Source: a virus (taxonomy: Duplodnaviria; Caudoviricetes). From it: a DNA stretch of 24,454 bases. The number at the start of each line of letters is the position of its first letter. Position 1 is the stretch's first letter. A model generated the notes under the pieces. The model was not told the origin of the DNA. It ran no database searches and saw only the letters and a list, made by a program, of their open reading frames with translations. Shown one piece after another: positions 18,365 to 24,454 of this stretch. The stretch lies in IMG/VR virus record IMGVR_UViG_3300032295_003793, positions 1 through 24,454 of that record. One strand, 5' to 3'. A program made the position numbers and the translations under genes.

Positions 18365-18372
18365 GCTAAATA
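18365..18372 (+). promoter_or_regulatory. T4-type late promoter (GCTAAATA)
   Basis: TAAATA occupies the 14-nt intergenic gap, 4 nt before ATG 18377. Confidence 0.55.
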
Positions 18373-18376
18373 CGGC

Positions 18377-18877
18377 ATGACCCGCAAACTTGAACAGTTG
18401 TTTGATTTACCTCCCAGTCCTGAAGAGATCGATGCTGCCATACCTGACCTGGCAGAAAATCGTGTGACCCTGCAGGAAATTGATGCCACCATTGACAAAA
18501 TTGACGCTGCATTGCCTGGGGTGCGTGGACTTGAAGCCACAGACAAGGAAATGGACAGCCTGGCCGACATGGCTGAAGCAAGCTACAAAGATCTCATGGA
18601 TCTGGGCATGCAAGTTGATTCAAGATTTGCCAGCGAAATCTTTGGTGTGGCCAGCAACATGCTGGGACATGCTATCACAGCCAAGACAGCCAAGCTAGAC
18701 AAAAAACTCAAGATGATTGATCTGCAGTTGAAGAAAATGCGACTGGATCAACAGGCCACTCGCGGCGACGCAGGAGCAGCATCTCCGGTACAGCAAGGCA
18801 ACGGCGTGGTGCTGAGCCGCAACGACTTATTGGAGCGTATTCTGGGTCGTAAAGATCAAAACGCTGAAAAAGAATAA
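18377..18877 (+). CDS. Putative terminase small subunit (T4 gp16-like)
   Basis: 166-aa helical protein: LEQLFDL N-terminus, two long central helices (..RFASEIFGVASNML..), coiled coil, SRNDLLERI near the C-terminus. Size and layout fit gp16; assigned by resemblance only. Confidence 0.55.
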   Translation: MTRKLEQLFDLPPSPEEIDAAIPDLAENRVTLQEIDATIDKIDAALPGVRGLEATDKEMDSLADMAEASYKDLMDLGMQVDSRFASEIFGVASNMLGHAITAKTAKLDKKLKMIDLQLKKMRLDQQATRGDAGAASPVQQGNGVVLSRNDLLERILGRKDQNAEKE

Positions 18878-18880
18878 ATA
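18873..18880 (+). promoter_or_regulatory. T4-type late promoter (AATAAATA)
   Basis: Overlaps the upstream stop codon; followed by an AGGA RBS and ATG 18898. Confidence 0.55.
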
Positions 18881-18897
18881 AGAAATAGGACACTGAT

Positions 18898-19506
18898 ATG
18901 AAAACATTTGCCAAATACCTTGCTGAATCTGAGCGCACATACACATATCGCATCAAAATGGTAGGCGATGTGCCTGCAGGTTTTGTGCGAGATCTGCGCG
19001 ACAAACTGGCCCAGTTTGATGTAGTTGAGATGTCAGCTGCCAAGACCACACCGGTGCGAAAAGTCAATCCAGACTTTCCGGCATTTCCCAATGAAAGCAT
19101 GAGCATCATTGACGTTGAGTTTAGGTACCCTGCCATTGAACCCCAGATCAAACAGATTGCTCAAATCATGGGCTTTGATCCCAATCGCATTGTGATGAAC
19201 ACTGTCGGTTACGAAGATAGTCTGCGCGACGAGTCCGACAAGATTGATGATGAAAACAAAGATCTCTTGAAGGATACAGAATATCCTGCTCCGGACAGCG
19301 AACAGCGAGCACTCAAGAAAGATTATGCAACTGGACCCTATGACCATGCTGTGTTGAAAAATGCCTATCGCAGTGACTTCACTGTGGCAGGTGGAAAAAC
19401 ACCGCCAGCCAAGACCACAAATGATTTGCCACTGGGTACCAAGAGTCCCATGACCACAATCAAACGACCACCCAAGCCTGCCACTGGCGCTAACCCAAGA
19501 GGATAA
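18898..19506 (+). CDS. Hypothetical protein with capsid-targeting-like N-terminus (putative internal head protein)
   Basis: Starts MKTFAKYLAE-SE, similar to the T4 internal protein leader MKTYQEFIAE. Pro/Lys-rich C-terminus. Confidence 0.65.
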   Translation: MKTFAKYLAESERTYTYRIKMVGDVPAGFVRDLRDKLAQFDVVEMSAAKTTPVRKVNPDFPAFPNESMSIIDVEFRYPAIEPQIKQIAQIMGFDPNRIVMNTVGYEDSLRDESDKIDDENKDLLKDTEYPAPDSEQRALKKDYATGPYDHAVLKNAYRSDFTVAGGKTPPAKTTNDLPLGTKSPMTTIKRPPKPATGANPRG

Positions 19507-19507
19507 C

Positions 19508-22057
19508 ATGTCATTTTTTTACGATCTCAACAAAAAACTAGCTGCAATTTCCAACAATCCACAGCAGCTCAATGAAGACAGAAAACCACATCCAAAAGAA
19601 TTAGAAATGGATGCAAAGGTTCGCTCAATGGGCATTCAACAACGTGCTGATCAAGCAGAAAAGAACTTGTCAGCACGTCGTGCTGAACCAAAGACTGTTG
19701 GTCAAAAAGTTGCCAAAGACATTGGCGGCCCACTAAAGAAATTGGCCAAAGGTGACATCAGAGGCGCATTGAGCGAAGAAGGCAATGATGGCAATCTGGC
19801 CAACAATGCCAAACCCTACGACAAAATCACAAGAGGTGATGTGATTGCTGGTCGCCTTGGCAAAGACGAGATGGGTGGTAAAAAGCATCCTGGCAAATCC
19901 AAAAATGAAGCCGTAGAAAAAACCGCACGCGGTGTTGTTCACAAGGCCGGCGCAGGCGGTTATGGTCGCAAGTTTGACACCGACGAAGAAGGTGATGAAA
20001 AGTCAGCCAAGCAGCCTGACGCCAAGCGCGGCCGTGGCCGCCCCAAGAAAGGCAGTGACGAAACCGGTGCTGTGAAAAAGTATGATGATAATCCCTTGGC
20101 CCGGGCCATGGGTGTGGGCAAGCCTCCCAAGTCATTCAAAGGCAAAAGCATCAAGCACAAGATGGACGAAGGTGACCAATTGCCTTCGCCACCAGATGAA
20201 GTGCATTTGCCCAAGAAAGGTAGCAAGCATGGTCCGGTTGATGTGTACAAAAAACCCAAGAATGAAGGTGCTGATGATGTCATGGATCAAGGCGAATACG
20301 ATCAAGAAGGCGACATGGCCAAGGATCAACTGCACACATTGACCAAGGCAGCGCAGGAACTGTCCAGCATTCTTGACGATGATCAGGATCTGCCAGAGTG
20401 GGTACAGAGCAAGATAACCAAGGCTCTGGAATTCATCAACACCAGCAACGATTACATGGACCAAGAGCGTCATGACAGTGATGACATGAGACCCATGGAT
20501 GAAGCAGTGCGCGGAACATATATTGGAAAACAAGGATATAGAGCTCCTCAAACTCAAGGCGAACGTGACACCGTTGCCCAAACCATCAAACAAAATCGCG
20601 CACAGAATCGTGCAGACACTAGAGTTAGTGGGTATGATGGAAGTAAAATAGCACCGCAACGAGGTGTCTCATCTGCTGACACTGGCAGCGCTCGCGGTTC
20701 AGCGGTAAATGTTGATAAAGCAGGTCTGACTCCTGATTTTAGGCCGGGTCCTGGCTGGACAGATCCACAATATGCAGGTCCCAGCGGAACACTACGTCTG
20801 GGAAAAAGCCCACAAGGCAAAGGTGTTGTTGACGAAGAAGAGCTTGACGAAAAAGCAGTGAGCAGAAGACAACGACGTTTCATGGGCATGGCGCATGCCA
20901 TGCAAAAAGGCGAAAAGATTCCTGGAGCAAGCAAGGAGTTGAAAAAAGTAGCCAAGACCATGAAGAAAGGCGACGTTGAAGATTTTGCCAAGACCAAGCA
21001 CAAGGGTCTGCCTGAAAAGAAAGGCAAAAAGAAAGAAGAAGTGGAAGAAACTACCACAGCAGGTAGTGTGGCCACAGCTCCCACCAGCGGCAAAGCCAGC
21101 AAGGGTGGATTCCAATTTGGCAAAGGTATCTATGACAGCTGGAATCGTGAGCTAGAGACCATGATTGCTGAGAGCATGAATCTCAGCATGAACATGAACA
21201 GTGATAGTCACGGTGGTCCTGGACGCAGTCTAACTGTGACAGCCACTGACGAAGATGCCATGAAACTGGCAGCACTGTTGAAAATGGCCGGTGTAGGCGG
21301 TCAAGAATCTGGCTGCGGCTGCGGATCAAGTCCGTGTGGTTGCGGCAACTCAGAAATGGTAGACGAAAACAAGCCCGACTGGCCCACCAACACAGAAACC
21401 AGCATGGATGCTCTACAGTATTCAGGTGGTCTCAACAAGCCCAAGACTGATGTGGCCGGCGATGGTCAAACCACAGTGCCTGTCACAGCAGTACACAGTG
21501 CAGACGAGGACGAACTGCGTCGCATGCGTGCCAGTGCTGGTATCAAGGAAACTTCCAATCCTTACCCAGTGGGCCAAGATGCACTGAGTCCACAAGAAAA
21601 GTTGAATCCTACTAACAATCCCAACAAGAGCATTGTGCAGGGCATCAAAGATTTTATCATGAATCCCACAAAGCCGGCCATGGAAGACGACATAGAAGAA
21701 GCAGCCAAACCTGACTATATTGATCTTGACAAGGATGGCAACAAGACCGAGCCCATGAAGCAGGCAGCACGTGATGCCAAGCAGTCTGTCAAGGAAGATC
21801 TGCAAGCCGACGATGGTGAATACTATCCAGACGAGTCAGATTTCTTTGGTCAGTTTGAAGCAGATCACTTTGACCAAGAAGTTGAAAGTGATGATGGCAT
21901 GGAAGTGCGTGGTTACATTGACGGTGTAAACGTCATGGTCTGGCGTTTCAATGATGAATCAAAGACTGATGGCTATGGTGTCTACAACGATGACGCTCTA
22001 CGAGATGAATTCAGTGAAAGTTTGGCTGAAATGAAACGTTTGTGGCAATATAAATGA
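19508..22057 (+). CDS. 849-aa charged, low-complexity modular protein (putative prohead core/internal polyprotein) with AT-hook, DUF3008-like and EF-hand-like modules
   Basis: Alternating basic and acidic blocks. Contains KRGRGRPKK, KAVSRRQRRFMGMAHAMQKGE...DFAKTKHKGLPEKK, DLDKDGNKTE and many hydrophobic-X-E junctions. Confidence 0.65.
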   Translation: MSFFYDLNKKLAAISNNPQQLNEDRKPHPKELEMDAKVRSMGIQQRADQAEKNLSARRAEPKTVGQKVAKDIGGPLKKLAKGDIRGALSEEGNDGNLANNAKPYDKITRGDVIAGRLGKDEMGGKKHPGKSKNEAVEKTARGVVHKAGAGGYGRKFDTDEEGDEKSAKQPDAKRGRGRPKKGSDETGAVKKYDDNPLARAMGVGKPPKSFKGKSIKHKMDEGDQLPSPPDEVHLPKKGSKHGPVDVYKKPKNEGADDVMDQGEYDQEGDMAKDQLHTLTKAAQELSSILDDDQDLPEWVQSKITKALEFINTSNDYMDQERHDSDDMRPMDEAVRGTYIGKQGYRAPQTQGERDTVAQTIKQNRAQNRADTRVSGYDGSKIAPQRGVSSADTGSARGSAVNVDKAGLTPDFRPGPGWTDPQYAGPSGTLRLGKSPQGKGVVDEEELDEKAVSRRQRRFMGMAHAMQKGEKIPGASKELKKVAKTMKKGDVEDFAKTKHKGLPEKKGKKKEEVEETTTAGSVATAPTSGKASKGGFQFGKGIYDSWNRELETMIAESMNLSMNMNSDSHGGPGRSLTVTATDEDAMKLAALLKMAGVGGQESGCGCGSSPCGCGNSEMVDENKPDWPTNTETSMDALQYSGGLNKPKTDVAGDGQTTVPVTAVHSADEDELRRMRASAGIKETSNPYPVGQDALSPQEKLNPTNNPNKSIVQGIKDFIMNPTKPAMEDDIEEAAKPDYIDLDKDGNKTEPMKQAARDAKQSVKEDLQADDGEYYPDESDFFGQFEADHFDQEVESDDGMEVRGYIDGVNVMVWRFNDESKTDGYGVYNDDALRDEFSESLAEMKRLWQYK

Positions 22058-22064
22058 GACTGAT

Positions 22065-22748
22065 ATGAAATCGTTCCAAGAATATCTAGCCGAAAGTGAA
22101 CACAGTTTCTACAATCCAGTAGCGGGTGATGATTTTGCAATCAACATCCGCGAAGAATTCTTGCTGGAAACATACGTGTTAGAAGAAACCGAAGATGGTA
22201 TCGTATTGCATGCTGATGACAAAACCATGTCTGTGCTTGAAGGCTACGGTTTGTTGGAGCAATCAACGCTGAGTCAGCGAGCGCAGGCTGCATTTGCTGA
22301 TCTTGACGATATCCAGGCCGGAGTCAAACCAGCCACAGCAACCACACAAGATCTGGAACAAGGCAGACTTAGAGCACAGCAAGGACATGCAGGCACTCCT
22401 ATTTCTCGTGGTTCAATGTCGGATCTTGACAAGTTTTCACTAGATAAAAAATTTCTCAAAGTACCGCCTGGCACCAGCTTTGATGATTGGAAAAGCACTC
22501 AAAGCAACGAAGCCAAGTATCAAGGACGCGAAGTTTCCTTGGGCAAGCCCATGGCAGGTGATGTAAAGAAATCCAAGGTATATGTGCGCGGTCCCAAGGG
22601 CAACGTGGTCAAAGTCAATTTTGGTGACAAGACCATGAAAATCAAAAAAAGCAACCCTGCACGACGCAAAAGTTTTAGAGCTCGACACAACTGCGACAAT
22701 CCTGGACCGCGCTGGAAAGCACGGTACTGGAGTTGCCGCGCCTGGTAA
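22065..22748 (+). CDS. Putative internal head protein with basic C-terminal domain
   Basis: Starts MKSFQEYLAE-SE. The C-terminal AKYQGREVSLGKP...KVNFGD...NPARRKSFRARHNC.......ARYWSCRAW domain is one I recognise as a viral domain of unknown function. Confidence 0.7.
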   Translation: MKSFQEYLAESEHSFYNPVAGDDFAINIREEFLLETYVLEETEDGIVLHADDKTMSVLEGYGLLEQSTLSQRAQAAFADLDDIQAGVKPATATTQDLEQGRLRAQQGHAGTPISRGSMSDLDKFSLDKKFLKVPPGTSFDDWKSTQSNEAKYQGREVSLGKPMAGDVKKSKVYVRGPKGNVVKVNFGDKTMKIKKSNPARRKSFRARHNCDNPGPRWKARYWSCRAW

Positions 22749-22758
22749 GGAGAATATC

Positions 22759-22929
22759 ATGGTATACCGACCCTACAACAATCAAGATTTTCCTGTGCAG
22801 CAAAATCCGCACAGTCCGGCACCAGCCACAGTGAAACAGACTCCGGTAGATATCCCTGGAGTACTGGATCAGACACGCAATCTGTATCAGCCTTACGTGC
22901 CACCTCAGCCTAATAAGGAAAACAACTAA
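22759..22929 (+). CDS. Small Pro/Gln-rich protein (56 aa), absent from the ORF track
   Basis: AAGGAG RBS at 22747-22752. Reads MVYRPYNNQDFPVQQNPHSPAPATVKQTPVDIPGVLDQTRNLYQPYVPPQPNKENN*; its stop overlaps the next start (TAATG). Confidence 0.7.
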   Translation: MVYRPYNNQDFPVQQNPHSPAPATVKQTPVDIPGVLDQTRNLYQPYVPPQPNKENN

Positions 22930-23264
22930 TGGCACAAGCAAATGTTTACACCAGTGTTTCTGATCAAGCCTGGTACACTGACAAAGCAAGAATTTCTACT
23001 GGCAACACTGTTGTGACTTTTCAAGTAGAAGCAGTGCAGTTGACCTATGTTCAACCTGGCAACGGCGTTGTGGCCAATGCTGAAAGCAGTTTTTCAGCAG
23101 GCAACATCTACAGCAATGCAGTGAGTGTACCAGCCAACTCACGTCAAGATATCTATGTTGGTGTAGGCAACAAGCTAACCATTGCGGGTGCCAATTTCAC
23201 TGCGCAGGAACTAGGCACAGCTAGTTCGGCACAGGCAGGATCACGCGGCACTGGTAGTTTTTGA
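22929..23264 (+). CDS. Hypothetical beta-rich protein (111 aa), possible virion decoration protein
   Basis: AAGGA RBS; Ala/Ser/Thr/Val/Asn-rich composition typical of virion proteins. Confidence 0.65.
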   Translation: MAQANVYTSVSDQAWYTDKARISTGNTVVTFQVEAVQLTYVQPGNGVVANAESSFSAGNIYSNAVSVPANSRQDIYVGVGNKLTIAGANFTAQELGTASSAQAGSRGTGSF

Positions 23265-23273
23265 TGCATTGAC

Positions 23274-23639
23274 ATGAGAGCCAAAGAATTTGTTTTTGAA
23301 CGTGATGGCAAAATTGGACATCGTAGGCAGTCAGCCACCAAAGGTCTAGTTTTGTTCAGCGACGGAGAACAAACCAATAGTGATTACACACTGAATCGTG
23401 TGATGATGGCTGTGGCCATGGCCAACGGTGATGGCAGCGAAATTGACATGGATGCCAAATCCTGGATAGGCAAACGACGAGGCGCTTATCCATACACAGA
23501 AATTGAACAAGACATGCTCAAACAGGCTTTCCGAGCAGCAGGAGCAGTGTACACAGACTTGAACAATGGCGACCTAGAGTCAGAAGAAGTCAAATCCACA
23601 CACGTTGATAGCCCTATCAAACCGTTTGGAGGCTACTGA
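23274..23639 (+). CDS. Hypothetical protein, paralog A (MRAKEFVFE...SPIKPFGGY)
   Basis: Leader-like N-terminus; shares both termini with the next gene. Confidence 0.7.
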   Translation: MRAKEFVFERDGKIGHRRQSATKGLVLFSDGEQTNSDYTLNRVMMAVAMANGDGSEIDMDAKSWIGKRRGAYPYTEIEQDMLKQAFRAAGAVYTDLNNGDLESEEVKSTHVDSPIKPFGGY

Positions 23640-24019
23640 TGCGAGCCCGAGAGTTCATAAAAGAACAGCGTGAGCTACCAGCCGAAACTGCTGAGCCCAT
23701 GCGATATACGTATTCGTTGCCCGGTGTTAGTTCCAGTGATCCTTATCGTACCTATCGCACAGGAGTTGCCATTGCTCGTGCTCGCAGCGATTATCGCAAG
23801 GATGATGTGAATCCATTCATGCCAGAATGGTCAGCTGAAGCTGCATTTGGCAAGTATGCTGTAATATCAGGCATGAATTCTGGCATTGAGGATGTGATTG
23901 ATACAGCACTGTCCATGACTGATACCCAGGGCGGGAAAAAGTTGGTCAGCACCCCTGACAGTGCAGAACCTGACTTTGTGACAACTCAAAGTCCAGTCCG
24001 ACCCTTTAATGGCTATTAA
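23639..24019 (+). CDS. Hypothetical protein, paralog B (MRAREFIKE...SPVRPFNGY)
   Basis: TGATG coupling with paralog A; shared terminal and central motifs. Confidence 0.7.
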   Translation: MRAREFIKEQRELPAETAEPMRYTYSLPGVSSSDPYRTYRTGVAIARARSDYRKDDVNPFMPEWSAEAAFGKYAVISGMNSGIEDVIDTALSMTDTQGGKKLVSTPDSAEPDFVTTQSPVRPFNGY

Positions 24020-24027
24020 CACAAATA

Positions 24028-24056
24028 GCTAAATACTCTAACCAGGAAAGTTAGAG
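24028..24056 (+). promoter_or_regulatory. Late promoter (GCTAAATA) followed by a hairpin enclosing the RBS
   Basis: TAAATA at 24030-24035, then CTCTAAC-CAGGAAA-GTTAGAG (perfect 7-bp stem), then ATG 24060. Confidence 0.6.
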
Positions 24057-24059
24057 ATC

Positions 24060-24454
24060 ATGGCCAATCCACCACCACCATACGACAACATCACAGGCAT
24101 ATCACGTGCCGCAATGAAGGACAATGCTCAAGAGAGCTTGGCCAACTACAACGGCAATGCTAGACCAGGCGAACTTGTAGTAAATCTTGAAACAGATCCG
24201 CCGTTGTTATATGTAGGTAACAACGTTGGTCAATTAACCCTGGTGGCATCAGCTGTTGCAACAACCTGGGCTACATTGGGCGATAAAAACAATGCCAGTG
24301 GTCCTAGTAAGATAGCCCTGGGAACCAATGCTGGCATTGTTCAAGGTAACTTCTCAGTGGCCATTGGCTACGCGGCCGGCAACGCACAAGGCATAGATAC
24401 AGTGGCCATTGGTACGCAGGCTGGAGCCGCGTCACAAGGCAATAATGCAGTGGC
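24060..24454 (+). CDS. Fibre/adhesin-like protein, 3'-truncated, absent from the ORF track
   Basis: Reads MANPPPPYDNITGISRAAMKDNAQESLANYNGNARPGELVVNLETDPPLLYVGNN... then ~14-aa repeats IALGTNAG / VAIGYAAG / VAIGTQAG resembling YadA-head beta-roll repeats. Open to the window end. Confidence 0.75.
   Translation, partial: MANPPPPYDNITGISRAAMKDNAQESLANYNGNARPGELVVNLETDPPLLYVGNNVGQLTLVASAVATTWATLGDKNNASGPSKIALGTNAGIVQGNFSVAIGYAAGNAQGIDTVAIGTQAGAASQGNNAV

Noticed and set aside
22049-22056. TATAAATG as a late promoter for the 22065 gene
   Set aside because: The last base deviates from the TAAATA core seen elsewhere and it coincides with the Tyr-Lys-stop codons of the upstream gene. Possible, but not supported well enough to list.
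603-23377. Many short ORFs in the track nested in or antisense to long genes (e.g. 2166-2651, 19033-19509, 20132-20659, 20554-21123)
   Set aside because: They are shadow frames of real genes with no recognisable motifs or independent expression signals.
1-24454. Alternative genetic code (stop codon reassignment)
   Set aside because: Genes are full length and tightly packed in the standard code, and TAA, TGA and TAG all occur as real gene ends.
1-24454. CRISPR array, tRNA/rRNA, intron, intein or DGR repeat pair
   Set aside because: By eye I found no regularly spaced repeats, cloverleafs, interrupted genes or long near-identical repeats, and intergenic gaps are short. Not verified computationally.

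Overview
A 24.5-kb segment of a large T4-like (myovirus-type) bacteriophage genome covering the virion morphogenesis region. Left to right it holds: the end of a tail fibre with a C-terminal intramolecular-chaperone domain; two baseplate/fibre-type structural genes; an inverted block of gp14-like neck, gp15-like tail terminator and Nudix hydrolase genes; a sigma70-driven unknown gene; a gp13-like neck gene; a DEDDh exonuclease; a dNMP kinase; a degenerate HNH protein; an enlarged tail sheath; tail tube and tube-like genes; gp4-like head completion and gp16-like small terminase genes; a cluster of probable internal head proteins; and the start of another fibre. Points of most interest: (i) several genes with T4 capsid-targeting-like N-termini surround an 849-aa modular protein punctuated by gp21-type (hydrophobic-X-E) sites, which suggests a protease-processed cargo polyprotein; (ii) TAAATA late promoters recur with RBS-sequestering hairpins, upstream hairpins or leaderless starts; (iii) fibre-docking or carbohydrate-binding modules are grafted onto neck, terminator and sheath; (iv) two small ORFs are missing from the supplied track. 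All family assignments come from motif recognition by eye; no database searches were run.
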